A stretch of DNA of 64,000 bases from the NCBI GenBank assembly GCA_013115145.1, contig JAAPAO010000018.1, forward strand, positions 74,214 to 138,213. The letters are read 5' to 3'. Both the position numbers and the translations under genes were made by a program. The notes beneath the pieces are model-generated. The model made no database searches, had not been told where the DNA came from, and was given only the letters and a program-made list of their open reading frames with translations. Shown here piece after piece: positions 9,686-22,651 of the stretch (position 1 is its first letter; each line of letters opens with the position of its first letter). The DNA comes from Perkinsus chesapeaki ATCC PRA-425. Its lineage: Eukaryota > Protista > Perkinsozoa.

Positions 9686-11402
9686 ATGATTTGCCTCCTC
9701 CTTCCTCTGGTCCATCTGGGCCTCTCTATAGTCTCCTCCCAGCCTCCCTCCGATTGCCTTCGCATAGGCAGCTTATCCGAGACCAGTGATTCACGAATGT
9801 TTGAACTGCCCCATAGATTCGATGAGGTCGGCCTTCAACCATATCCACATTTCGCCAGGTTGTATCAGATCCGGACTGGCAATAGTAGCAATATAACAAG
9901 CTCTAGCAACTGTGGCATGCATTTCACTGTCGGAGACACCCTCTGCATCGGAGCGAGAGAGCTCACCGTGAGCGCCGCCGCCGCCACCGTGGCATCGGTG
10001 AAAGATAGGTTAAATGAGGCTGCTCAGGTTCGCCGTAAGTGGGGCCTTGTTATACAACTCGGAAGCGATCATCGTGCTTATCTCGGTCAAAACTTCACTT
10101 GGGGAACTTGTCAACTTAATGATGAGGATGGCCGCCGACAACGGAGAGTTCTCATGCAAGGCCTGCACCATGATAGCCGACTTTATCTAGACGGCACTGG
10201 ACAAAGGCAGGCTTCAGACGGTACCGAAGTCCACGCGTCTGTTTGCCATGGCAGGTTACTGGTGACCCATCCTTCAAAGCGTTTGGTCTATCTCTACCAT
10301 TCGATACCATCTCACTTCACTCACGCTGGCAACAGGAAGCGTGTTGACGTACGAAATCTGCAAGCTTATCAAGCTTATCGCTGCCCAGGTTGTCGCCGGT
10401 GAAGACGGCAAGCTCCTGTACCCCTCTGACATAGCACTTCTCGAATTTAACGGTGTCACCAGCACTGGCCAGCCTGGTGCACGAGCTCCATGTGATTACT
10501 ACTGAGAGTCTTTCAGGTCGTTACTATGGCTACGTAGTCGTCTGTGATATGCACGCTCATCGCGTTGTCCTCTATCCTCCGCCTGGCACAGCATCTCCAG
10601 CTAGCATGGCTCGAGTAATAGCCGGATCAAGTAGGCACCCTTGGCTCTGTATCGTCATACCGAGTCAGCAGGCGGCGGTCTTCCCGGTGCTGATCTTTCA
10701 TCACTAAACAGCCCCAATGCGATTGCCATTGATCCCGATGCTCCCCTCTCTGAACTTCCCTACTCTAGCCTGTTCATCTCTGATTCCGGCAACGATCGAA
10801 TAGTCCGCTGGAGGTTCGGTGCTGTACGCGGAGAGATAGTAGCGTTCACCAATGCTCGTGATTTGCTCCTTCGACCCTCTGGCTTGTTCGTGGCAACCTC
10901 CACTGAAGTACTACTGCTACAAGGCAGGTCCTCTGACACCTGCCCTGTTCTTTCATCTCTGATGAACCAATTTGGGAATGACCAATGCACGGCCGTTGAC
11001 CAGAAAGCCGAAACTTCTTCGACCTCTCTGGCTCCCCTGAGGTTATCCATCAACGTTGAGAGCTACCCCCGTCATCTCCTCCGGGAAAACCGCACTAAAC
11101 TCGCTCCGACTGTGACCTCTGTCGACGCCGAAGCAAGTGAGGTCTACACATTCGCCGCGCCCGGAAAAGTATCCTTCGGGCAATCTCCAGATAGCCTTGT
11201 TATTGTCAGCGATGGTGGTAACGATACCTCCCTGGGATGGGTCAACATCGATACCGAGTTATCATTTTCGTGTGGCGGTTGTTCTGCGCTTGTTGTGAAT
11301 GCAGAAGTCTATAGTAAAGACTGCACCATGTTCTCAATACAACCTGCAAGTGGTGAGCTTGTGGAGTGGCATAACCATGATTGTGTCTCAAGAAAGGACT
11401 GA
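9686..11402 (+). CDS. Secreted NHL-repeat (beta-propeller) protein, multi-exon
   Basis: Signal-peptide-like start MICLLLPLVHLGLSIVSS; NHL-like segments LNSPNAIAIDP...LFISDSGNDRIVRW and VVCDMHAHRVVLY spread over ORFs 9686..10402, 10453..10707 and 10641..11402. Confidence 0.7.
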
Positions 11403-11428
11403 TGCCGTGTGATTTGTTGCGTTGCTTC

Positions 11429-14400
11429 CTAGTAACCGAGCTGAACTATACAAGTATGAGGTAAAGCTACTGTGGCAATGAGCCTGGACAGCACACGCAG
11501 TTCAAGACCTGCAACCGCAATTCGATTGGGGCGGCATATGTGAGCTATTTCAATCGTTCGCCTCTTATTCGGTAATAACGTATCTGCCAGTACTCCTGTG
11601 AGCATAAGCCAAACTACTTCTCTGAGGTAAGTGGACATTATTTGCACCTTTGCGCATCAATGCATTATTCGTTTAGTTTGTGCAGAGTAACTCAGTTCAA
11701 CACAACAATCAATTCCTAGCTGAAGCTCTGTCCTGCATAATAAACATGAACCGTCACATTCGCCGCCATACAACAATTGAACTTATGGCCGAAAACTTGT
11801 CGATCGCTGTCCAGGTTATACGATAATCATTTGACTGGTCTGGTTCGACTTGCCATCTCATCCAAGTGATGCCTGAAAACATCAACCTACCAAACTTCCC
11901 TTCCTGAGGTTATCTTTTCCTAGAAGAATGGTAAAGGCTCACATTGTCTGTCATTAATGCTCTTCTCCTGGATTTCCTCAGCACTGAGCAAACCGTTAAC
12001 ATAAACGGACTTACTTTCGACGACGATCTTATGGTTCAACGAGTTTTGCTGGAAAGGTTTGAGTAATCTACATGCCTTGGAGCCCGTGGAGGATGAACAG
12101 CTCACCCACGATCCTTGCAGTGCCCGCCAGACATCTCCTATCGATTGCAACGGTGGGAGAGACCCTACCGAGCTGAAACGCAGACGCGTCAACGTATCCT
12201 TCTTTACATCGTCGCCTGACCAATACTTTCGGTTGGATAGGCTAAGAGTCTCCCTAAGACATACTGCTGGTCTCCTGATCCTTGTCTTTTTTCTCATGAG
12301 TCATTCCGCCTTTCGCGTCTACTCTGTTGTGATCGGGTTGTGGGTCACTAGAAATCTTGATACATATGTCGGAGGAAAGGCTGTCGCATGCATCTGATGC
12401 ACAATTATTTATCTATCATTATGGTCTACACTGCAAGGTGTGAAGGTAAGCGCCATTCGTGACAGCAACGAAACTATCTAAAAATGTGCGCCGTTGAAAC
12501 AACAACAGCGCTGTGCCGTCGCTGGTGACTCCAGGCATCAGACGTATTTTCCAACCAAGCCGCACCTGGCGGTCTTCCGATTATTCGTTGTCCACTTTCA
12601 CGCAGTGTCAAGCAGCGAATCGCGGGATCTGCGCTCATTGTCATCATTTGCCTAAAGCACCACAGGATCTATTGGCCGTGACGCCCACATAAAGCTGTAC
12701 CACTGGTTCCTTTCCATATCCGTTCGCCGTTTTCTGAGGTTAACCAGGACAGCCAAATCATCATGCAGGCTGGTGGCTCGATCGATCTCCATCGTGGCGG
12801 GTATAATTCTCTCGGTGAGAGACTTACTCAGCCTTTTTCGTCCTTCTAAGACGGTTTTCCGCCTGACGACTCACAAAGCCTCAGACCAGAAACAGCAACG
12901 CTTTCCTGACCAGCTGGCTTCCTGGGCATACGAACGTTCCATCTTCTCCAACTCGTAACACTCTTCCAGCATCTTCCACTTCCTTTCAGACCGGCTGCGA
13001 ATTCTCTTCAGTTTACTGCAGAATCTGCTCGCCATGGTAACAAATCGTCTCATTGATACCTGCCAACTTCATCGCATGATGAACACCCTTCCATCTCTCC
13101 TCTATCGAAAATGTTCCGCAATTTTAACAGCTTCTTCCCAGCGTATTTCTCGCGTTGTATGACAGCACTTTCGTATCTATAAAACACAGTTGGTCGTGCC
13201 CAGTCTCGCTCTCTGCACGCTTTCTCTTCCTTGACTATCGTGCCATGCACGACTGCTGTGCGGATTGCCTGAAATACTCGGTATCTGTGCAGAAGCGAGA
13301 ACGCGCGACCGCTGCTCTAATCCTTATACTTCCACATGTCGTCCAACTGCAGTGTGAAGCAGTTATCGGCTGTCGCGTTCACTGTAGGTAAGAGACCGAG
13401 CCTGTGGGCGACTCCTTGGGACCGGATGTTGTCGTTTCGACAGTAAATTAGGAGCTCTGTCACATTATCGCCCTCACAGAGCTCTCGTTTGACCTAAAAA
13501 TGCCTCAAACATCAAGTTTAATCTCGAATCCTCAAGCAGCTTGCTGAACGTAGCCCTACAAAGTCGAGCATAACTATAACAGCTGTGGTGACAAGCCCTT
13601 TTCCCTCTGCCCATTGTGCAAGCCAATATGAGACATCCAGAAATTGATAGGGAGTATCAGTTTTGGGGCAGACCCGACCGAACTTCTCGAACCTGTCGTG
13701 ACAGTTGAGGTGTGAAAACCCGCTCGACTGGTAACCATATCATTCCGGCCAGCTTCCGTGTCCCGTCTTCTGCGTCAAGCCATATCCCACTGTAGTAGGC
13801 GAGCTTGTCAATGAGTAGCTGCTTCCATTTTACTATGCATTCCTGAACCTCCCTCTTGTGCACATACCTAGAAAAGCTGGTAGCCCTTTCCCTGATGGAT
13901 GTCGATGTTACTGAGTTATATCACTCCTTCGAATGCCCGTATCTCTCAGTCGGTCGCGGTTAGCTCTGAGGGTCCTAATGTCAACTCTTCGTGGATTCTC
14001 GATCCTCTTGTCAAGCCTACTCCTTGAGAATCTTCCAGTCATCCATCACCAGAGGTTGGCAGTAGAACTGCGTGGCGCCCAAAGGCACTTTCCAGGCCTT
14101 GAAGGTCCCGTCATTCTCAAGACACTTGGGAATGTCCTGAGCCGGACACCTACAGGAGATGGTGAGCAGCGTGTGGTGTTGGCTGAGACCCCTCACTTTA
14201 AGCACAAGCCATCAGGAGGTAGAAGCCTCGGGGGCGTCGAGCTCGCACCAATGAAGAGGACGCCATCAGATGTCCCAAGGATCATCATCAGACACGGTGG
14301 TCGAGAGTGAATCCCCGTGTCAGTGATAATAATCATCGGTACCTTGGGAACGAGGCAATGTCACACGCTCATAGGGGGCTCTCCTTTGAGGTTCTCCACA

Positions 14401-14630
14401 GGTGCTACTTTGAAGCATGGTCGAATATACATTTAACACACGGATGAGACGATCGCTGTACTAACCTCCTGGAGCGCCCCATCCGTGGGAAGGTGGAGAG
14501 TGCCCGTGCCTTCCTCTACGATCCAGACGTGATCTAACGATACTTCTTCATCGAGCCCCGAGATATTCGACATCGGCCGTCGGACCAGAAATCTGGAAGG
14601 ACATTGCGATTGTTTTAATTGCGATAGCAT
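11429..14630 (-). CDS. One or more multi-exon hypothetical genes, unidentified
   Basis: Series of protein-like minus-strand ORF pieces flanked by GT/AG (e.g. DGTFKAWKVPLGATQFYCQPLVMDDWKILKE; ECIVKWKQLLIDKLAYYSGIWLD). No recognisable domain; boundaries approximate. Confidence 0.35.
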
Positions 14631-15256
14631 CGGGAGCGCCGGCTCAGAGGCTGGAGGAGAGGCGAAAGCACTCCTGTGAAGAGCAGCGTGGGACTTTCAA
14701 GCGAACTGCCACAATCGTGAGTGTGAGAGTTGATTCAGGCAGAGGGAGCCGAATGACTCACATATCAATATTGCATTTCCCGTCAATATTTAGAGTGAGC
14801 CTTGCAAGTTCATCATGCAAGAACTCAACCTGATCGATAGATCATTGGTTTGGCTTTATCATTTCGACCTCAGCTTCCTCCACTGCAGCCTCTTGAACGG
14901 ACATGAGAACTTTGTAAACTTGTTCAATGTGACTTGATTCCGCAAAAACCCGCATATAATGGCGGAACTGCCACACGGCAAGAGGCCAGTCAATGACTGG
15001 CGATCATGGTCGAGCATTGGGCCTACGGATGTAGTAGGACTTCCATATGCCTCGATACGCAAGTTAAGTTGTGTAGGTTCTTCCTTGGCAGATCCACGGC
15101 TTCGCTGGTACACAACGTCTGTGAGGGATATCGAATCATTTTGGAGCTGATAGGCTTACCTTCTTCCTGATCATGGCTGGGCTCGACTGGGAGGAAGGAT
15201 CCAAGTTGGATGGAGGCTCGATGTGGCCCTAGCGGGGCACCTGGGGTCTCGGCCTG

Positions 15257-16960
15257 TTAGAAAACGAAGTCGAGGAAGCGTATCTTTCTAACATATGCAT
15301 ACTTGCGATGCCTGGAGACTGTCGGTGAGCTTAGGAGCCCTCTCGGGTTTAAAGGTAAGTTCTGCCACTTCATCATCAATGACAAGCTCCTGCGGGAGGA
15401 TCCCATCTTCACGTTGCTGGTGCGATACAACTCTCTCCCAAAGCAAAGTGGGCTGCACGACGCTTCGTAATACAGTTGGAACTGCTTGTTTACATTCCTA
15501 ATGTGGGCTTCAACACCTTTCATCTCGAGCTCGATTAGCTCTTCCAGCCACCCACACATCTCGCTTAGCCGAGTAATCGAAGCGTCACAGTCACCTAAAT
15601 CTTCGGTTCCTGGTCACCTAGCCCTGAGCCAGGCATACCAAGCATTGCTACGTCACGGTAGTTGTCGTCCAGGTGGAAGCGGAAGCCTCTGTTACCAAAA
15701 GTGGGAGGGTTCAAAGGATCGGCCAACCTAAAGGGAACATAGCACGGCCACAATCGAAGTGTTCCAACAAGCCAGCGGGCTCTTTATTGATGAGAACGCG
15801 AGGTGTGGACCGAGGTACAGAGCCAATGAGGCCGGCAAAAGGCATAACTCTGAGTGAAGTGCCCATCACGATGAGGAGATCACAACTGGGAAAATCATCC
15901 AAAACCAGCTCCCGGTAACTGGCAACCGAAACTATATGAGCTGCCACAGAGAAGCCGTACTGGTCTTTTATTTTCTCTTTGAAAAAGGTCACGTCTGGCT
16001 TCACTAACCCTTGGCAGTTTAAACATCGAGGAGGAGTCACCCGTTCCGAATCCTTATTCGATATCCTAGCCCGATACCTGCTGTGCACAATTTGTGCTGC
16101 ACAAGCAGAACAAGCGATGACACTCACCATCGGATATCATGCTGTGAGTTGCAATCAATGCAATGACAGTCCGAGAACGAGCCATGCCAGAAGACCACCT
16201 TTTCTGATGTCAAGCCGCACCCGTGCTCGAGACCGTCTATGTTTTGGGTATATACCCTAATCTTCCGATACGAGAGAAGAATTCGGTATGAGAGCTCGCC
16301 TGCCTGAGTAACATTCCTTTCTTCTCTAGGAGTCTTATGAAATAGTGTGCTCTTGTTGGTAAGTACTGCCCAGGGAAAAGGTCTGGTACTAAAGTCGTGA
16401 AGGGTTCAGGATTGCCTTTAAAGTAACTGATACACAATGTGGGTAACATACACGGTTCAGCAAGATGCAGGTAACCACTCTCGAGATTAGGAAGGCGGAA
16501 TGTAGCGATCGCGGAAGCTGGACTGAAGGTGACTTCACGAAACATGACAATCAACAACAACCTCACTGTATCGCGATAATATTTCGAGGAAATGCGGTTT
16601 AGCTAGCAATACACTGAATTGCGAAGTTAATAGCTTCAAGTGGTCATTCATGCTGTAATGTGAACCGGCGAGATACATCCCAAACTGGATACTTTATGTC
16701 AAACATAGCCTCTGGGCGGGGTAGGTCGAAGTGACCAAGTCTGGCATAGAGCCCACTAGTGGGGGATCGGAAGTCGGGTATCCCAGACGAAACGGAGATC
16801 CCAGCCCCTGCCATTACGATGATGCGACCTAGCAGACAGGAGTAACGGTGCTGTGGTTAGCGACTCCGACTGGAGGTAGCTTACGGCAAGCCCCTGACTT
16901 GAGTAGTTCTGTCAGACTCCTTGGTCCAGGCCTCAACCCAAGAAGTGCCGAGCTGCGTCT
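15257..16960 (-). CDS. NAD-dependent deacetylase, sirtuin class I (SIRT2/Hst2-like), multi-exon
   Basis: Exons read RIIVMAGAGISVSSGIPDFRSPTSGLY (~16700-16830), YFKGNPEPF...PTRAHYFIRLLEKKGMLLR, zinc-binding CSAC...CLNC, VKPDVTFF, LLIVMGTSLRVMPFAGL, RVLINKE and GDCD. Start and end are approximate. Confidence 0.92.
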
Positions 16961-17067
16961 TAAGGGGATGGGTATAGACACAGGCTGAGCAGCGAGCAGC
17001 GAGGTCGAGGTATTTCCATATAATACGAGATTATGCAGTTGTCCGAAATACTAGCATTGTCACGTCT

Positions 17068-17960
17068 TTAGTATGCCACCTCTGACATTCGCTTCGCAGC
17101 ATGTGGAAGCTCCGGGGGAGAGAAAGACTCTACTTCAAAGTTCTGTCCCTCAATCAGTGCTCGGGGATGAGTGTGAAGCGAGCTGAAAATGTACGGGAAT
17201 ATATGGCGAGTATAGCAAGCAATCACGTTTGCTCTCCAAGCTGGGTTGTTATTCTGTATCTGACATGCGTGCGTTGAGCAAGTAGTTGAGCTTCGAAGAG
17301 TCCTCACGCGAAATACGCCTCCACATGGGTTCTCTCGCTGGAGCGTATCGATAGAACGCTTTCAATTCGCCCACTGCATGGTCCAATGATTTCACTGACC
17401 TTTTCTGGAGGGTTAGTACTAATAAGTATCCTGCGAAGGTCAGGTTGAAAGTTTGAGTTACCGTGCCCGAAACTGGTAGCAGCCCTACCACTGTCCAGCT
17501 GACCGTGAGTCTTTGCGCGCCATTGGCCGGAGGCACTCCATTACGCCGAACGAATACTTCCTAGCGAGATCCATCGACGTCGACTTGGCAAGCAGAAGGA
17601 GAGCATCGAGCACCCCGAAATCCAAAAACTGAATTTCACACAATGGACTCGGTCGGCTCGGTAAGAGGTCACCAAGTCGAGTCCGCGGGCCGATTTACTG
17701 GGTACCACATTGAGGCTCACCTGAGTGTGCAAAGCCGATGAATCCTTACGCGAAGGATGTGCCACCAGTTTGGAGTTCCTACCCGAAGGTCTTCTGGATT
17801 CGCGATTTCGGCAGTGACCCATTCGATGGCCGACCGAGTATACAGGCTTCGCGACCGACCGTCAGAGATGGGTTCATTGAAAGGGTCCACACACGTCCAG
17901 AGCAAATTAGAACTATCAAGTTCACAAGTTTGGCAAATGACAGCCACGACGCAGTTCACG
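17068..17960 (-). CDS. Hypothetical multi-exon gene
   Basis: Protein-like minus-strand pieces (ELDSSNLLWTCVDPFNEPI...PNWWHILR|gtaag...cag|VSLNVVP) with splice signals; no domain recognised. Confidence 0.3.
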
Positions 17961-18434
17961 CTACCGTTGAGGATTTGAGTGGCAGGCTATTCCCGTTGAT
18001 TCATCGGCACGGGAACGAAATATGTCGTATCTATCACAGGCCGTGAATGTCGACTCAGGCTGATGCTGACATGAATATTAGCGAGGACGTCGATATCTTA
18101 CATTTCTTCCAATTGCCTGCTAAAGCCGTTACATGCAGGGCCGCATAGCACCACACGTATCTTAAGATGAAGACAGCAACCAGGGCTAAAATGCTCTACT
18201 CGTTATCTACCCGATCCTTCATCTGATTGTAACGGATTAGCTCTTCTATTCGGATACGCGCTAGTCTGACGAAAAGAGGCACGCAAGCTTCACTTGGGTA
18301 GTCGGCCTTCGCCTCTCACTCTGCCATAGCGCTTGTACCAAGTGTCCAGTTCAGCGAAATGAATCCATTATCGGTGTTAATCGGCTCTCTACATCTTTCC
18401 AATGTACTCTTCCACGTAGCAAGTCGCGTCCACT

Positions 18435-19893
18435 CTATCTGATTATGCTGCGTTCTGGGGACTTTCGCATTGAGACTCGGCGACCCACATGTGACTTTGA
18501 AGGTTTAAAACAAACATATAAAAAGACCCTGTTGGTCATGAAGATTTTGCCAGATGGCGAGATTGCAAGCCTTGAGGATGACAGCTCGCACTCATGACAG
18601 ACTAGGTCCTCCAGCAGCGCGTCTGATGAATCATCGCTTTGTGTTTCAACTAGTGCTTGCCAGCTCACACCTCGTACGAGCTCACAAAAAGGAGTTCTTT
18701 CTTCTGAGGGTACCCCACTAATCGAGACATATGCCCCACCGGCTTTGAGAACTCTTTTCACTTGCCCGATCGCGGCCGTAGCGATGGAAGCGTTGTCCTT
18801 ACTATAGAGAATGCAGTCCATAAGACCTAGGCAGATAAATAGAATACATCGTGGCTTCACAGACGACTCTAACCTTTATCTACGACCAAAGAAAAGTGTC
18901 CGCCAGGGAGATCGTGTGCTTCCGCAAAGCCTTGTTGATAGTTAACACCGTCCCGGGGATGCGATTCCACTGAAGAATCCCTCGACGTTTTAAGAGTGAG
19001 TTTTGCGTGAGGTAACAGAACAGCGCCCTGGGAGCAAAAAACCTACCCATTCCGGCAATCGCTGTATCGCTCGCATCCATAGCTGTGACCTGACAACCAA
19101 ACGTCATCAGCTTGTTCTCGGTGGATCGGGGTGGAAATAGCAAACAAGTGCAAGTCTAATAAGCAATAAATAGAAAGCTTTCACCATGCTTACCGCTGTG
19201 TATCCGATGGTTATGAGCTCTTGAGGTAGTCTACTATTACCACAGCCAAGAACCTGATGGTATAAGGCTGATATCCAAATTGGGTAATTCAGCTGGGCTA
19301 GGCTATCTACAGGGGCTCGGAACCCCACCTTCGGATAGAAGGTTTTCACAACCGATTAAGTGTTGCCCAAGTGTTACCAGGGCGTTGGCGTCCCTGCAAT
19401 CATATGATAGCCTCGTAGCAGTCTCGAAGCCGTCATCGCTGAAAATTTGGTCGCTAGTAGGCGTCGGCAACGAGCGTGAAGATATAGGCTCCAGTCTGTC
19501 AAAATGCAATTACGTGCATACTGAACTTCAGTTACTTAAGTATATGTACTGTATGATATATGTTACTACCACACCACCCGCTAGTGTGATCTACACCATG
19601 GAAAGGTTACTCTAGCCCAGTATAAGTACAAGTAAAATACCGTGATGAGGACAAAGAACATTCCGTGACGGATACGCATGGTACCTTGGTCTAAGTATAT
19701 CGTTGAAGTCGGCCTGTATCTCACTGAATGACGCGAGCCACTCGAAATCGCTGCCGAAAACACCTTTTTGGTAAGCGGCTTCCCACTGGGCGCAGTCAAT
19801 CAAATTCGAGAAGTGTCGCTCGACCTGAGCCCATGCAAGCAGTGTAAAGATCGTCAAATAAACTCGACTGGCCAATGCTATGGTCATACGCAC
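18435..19893 (-). CDS. Class I SAM-dependent methyltransferase, METTL13-N/EEF1AKMT4-like, multi-exon
   Basis: WEAAYQKG...FEWL, LILG/LGCGNSRLPQEL, VTAMDASDTAIAGM, GLMDCIL and RVLKAGGAYVSIS motifs in the expected order. Confidence 0.82.
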
Positions 19894-21108
19894 GGTAACG
19901 TTCGCTCGAGTGTTGTGGTACGTACGTCCGCCACTATGTTATGCTCTTTGGATGGTGTGGAGCTATGGCTCAGCCTATATCGCGGCTTAAACTTCTGGCT
20001 CATGTAAACGGAGTAACAATTATACACCGACCGTACTGGGGCAAGGCCCGCATCGCGTCAGTACTCCAACGGAACTGTAATTCGTTACAGACGGTAGGCA
20101 TCTTTCTAGGCACGCGCTTTGTCATCCAGGCTCGTGTTCAGCGCTTTTGTGTTCTTTCTACAGTTATAAAGAATCGATTGAACACGGGCATCACGTGCCT
20201 GTTGCACATACACTCATACAGTGCGGAATTATTGTGGTATCTTCTGATACGAAATAGAGTACCAGTACAGCGGTGTGACACAGCTCTATGAAAAGAAAGC
20301 TACCTACATCTACGGACGAATGAGGTTGCCCGCAATCGTTGCAAGATACTGGGTTACAGCGAGACCGGATTTGCGGAGCTCTCCATTAACCGCGCTAATT
20401 CAACACTAATTGCGAGGGAATAAACATGAAATCACAGATATTTGGCACATCGTTGAAGTAAGGACCCATGAAATATCCACAGCTAAGGAGCATGCGTAAT
20501 GCACGGAGCCGAGAGGTAGATAACTGGAGTGTTCCTTCAATCGAGACACGCTTCGTAATTTAACGTAACTCAGTAGCTTATAGCAGCGGATTCACCATTA
20601 AATGCCATCACTGTAACATCTGTAGGACACAGTGTACGGCCTGACCACTGGGGGAACTCAACATGACTACGGGTAGAGATATATGAGAGAAAAAACAATG
20701 AGCAATGAACAGCCGAGAGCGTGCGTACAACTAATCGCTAACGCTCATAGCTAATGGCTGCCCGCACGCATACTCACCACTAACAGCGCGCTTGGCCGCA
20801 CAACAGCATAGTATAATACTCAGAAAACGAAACTTCATTTGCCTGTGTATCAAAACTTGACCCCCTGCGCAAGCTTCTACCCCCGTAGAATCCTCTCGAT
20901 TCAACTCAGAATGAACAACAAAACCCTTATAGACGGAAACGCACGCAGATTGGGGACAGCGCAACATGTTCGCCCTGTCACCGAGCGTGGCACAGCTACG
21001 AGCGGCTTTCGATGAACAAAAGGTCACGTGTTGAATTGTGGTGGAAATTTGACTCGTACAGCACACGAAGAACTGTATCCCATTGTGGTTTGTAGTTAGC
21101 TGAAAGTC

Positions 21109-21909
21109 GTGATGCTCCATTGTCTCACCATCATCATTGCTGTCACTGCTACCTTCGGTATTGTGCGTGGGCAGTATGTGGATAGCACTATTCCCGAAGG
21201 CCGCTATGTGGATAGTAACAACCAATCTCAGTTTCGTGTATATGCTGAACAGAGTATTGACGGCTATTTGGCAACCGACACGTTTAAATTTCTCTTCTTT
21301 TACGTACGTTATGTTGTGGACCAAACAACAGGCAAGATGAGCCTCGAGGGTGAGCCCTTCCGGAGGGATCCTGGAAAGTTCCCATTCGCCTTTCCCCTTT
21401 GGACGATGAGCTATAATAGGAGCTTGAGGGAGGTCCATCTTACCGCGTATACGTATCGTGTACGCTTTCGGTTGGTCACTAACAAAACTGTATATCATGA
21501 TGATAGGGAGGTTCTCTCGACCACTCCTAGCCCTACAATATCTTATCTGGTTCAGCATCTCCCCCTCGACAAGCCACTTTGCCTGTCCAGGGAAGTCCCC
21601 ACGATGCCTTTCGACCCGTCAAGGTTCACTTTTGGATCCAAGCATCTTAGCGGTATCCTAAATTATAACGATTTGGTATGGGCAAACATTCGTGATATGA
21701 AGTATAGCCTACGGAAACGCTCCGATGGAGCCATATACGTGATACCCGATTTCCCGCCTTATTATCGGTTCCCATTTATGTACTTCAACTTCACATTGGA
21801 ATATCATACCACGACGAGCTCACTGATGATGGCCACTAAAAACGCAGTGCACCACCCAGATGGGTCAACGGTCCCCCAGCGAAGAGTTTTCAATGCCGGC
21901 GCGTGCTGA
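21109..21909 (+). CDS. Intronless putative secreted protein, 266 aa, unknown function
   Basis: Signal-peptide-like MMLHCLTIIIAVTATFGIVRG; aromatic and beta-rich body; short duplicated YVDS motif near the N-terminus. Confidence 0.7.
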   Translation: MMLHCLTIIIAVTATFGIVRGQYVDSTIPEGRYVDSNNQSQFRVYAEQSIDGYLATDTFKFLFFYVRYVVDQTTGKMSLEGEPFRRDPGKFPFAFPLWTMSYNRSLREVHLTAYTYRVRFRLVTNKTVYHDDREVLSTTPSPTISYLVQHLPLDKPLCLSREVPTMPFDPSRFTFGSKHLSGILNYNDLVWANIRDMKYSLRKRSDGAIYVIPDFPPYYRFPFMYFNFTLEYHTTTSSLMMATKNAVHHPDGSTVPQRRVFNAGAC

Positions 21910-22419
21910 TGCTCGACCGGGAAACTGATTGCATATTCGTCATTCAGCTCGACCTCGAGTCTGAGAATTTTATCATAGGACTTCTATAATGATTCATTAT
22001 TATCGCACAAGCTCGCTAAATACCGGGCTTCCTTCTTCGTATACGGGAGCTTAGAAGCTTGGTGGCTCGGTAGCGGTTCATCATAGCCACGATGTTATGG
22101 TTTATGTGTAGCCCTCAACCATTGATACTCGACACCTATCTGACTCCTTATCGAGGTTCGTCTGCATCAACGCTGAGAGCCGAGAGAGCGTTTCATGTAC
22201 GGTCTTCGTAGTTGTGCTGGTCACCTTCGCTACGAAGTTTGCGTAGTCACACCTATGCTCGCCAAGACTGTTTTTTGAACCTTACTCTCAGCTTCGAGCT
22301 GAAGTGTAACCTTGGATTACACCGGGCACCGAACTTCACCGGAAACAGTTTGCAGTGGGGAGGGACTACGAAGACGAATTCTCAAGACGGTTTGCACCTG
22401 AGAGGGGTTGCGTCACGTA

Positions 22420-22572
22420 TGTAACACAATTGTAACACAATATTGTTGATTACTGTCCCTAGTATCATTAAGCTAAGCTATGGCTAAGTCCTTATTTATA
22501 TACTAGCATTATTATACTCAAATATATATTATCCAATATTATAGGATATTGAGTTGTTCCCTTTGGGTAACA
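22420..22572 (+). repeat. 5' LTR (153 bp)
   Basis: Identical to 27792..27944 except C22561 versus G27933; starts with an 11-bp tandem TGTAACACAAT x2. Confidence 0.97.
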
Positions 22573-22574
22573 TT

Positions 22575-22590
22575 TGGTAGCAGCTCCTTG
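22575..22590 (+). other. Primer-binding site, tRNA-iMet-like
   Basis: TGGTAGCAGCTCC begins 2 nt after the LTR. Its complement ...AGCTGCT-A-CCA resembles a eukaryotic initiator tRNA 3' end (A1-U72); the tRNA identity is inferred. Confidence 0.7.
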
Positions 22591-22651
22591 TTAAGACTTC
22601 GCCCTCTTTAACGCCATTTACTGATACTATTGGTTTCTCTGGTTACATATT

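Noticed and set aside
20731-21558. 275-aa antisense ORF overlapping the secreted gene
   Set aside because: It is in register with the plus-strand ORF and has no motifs or signal; the 126-codon non-overlapping extension is unexplained but within plausible chance.
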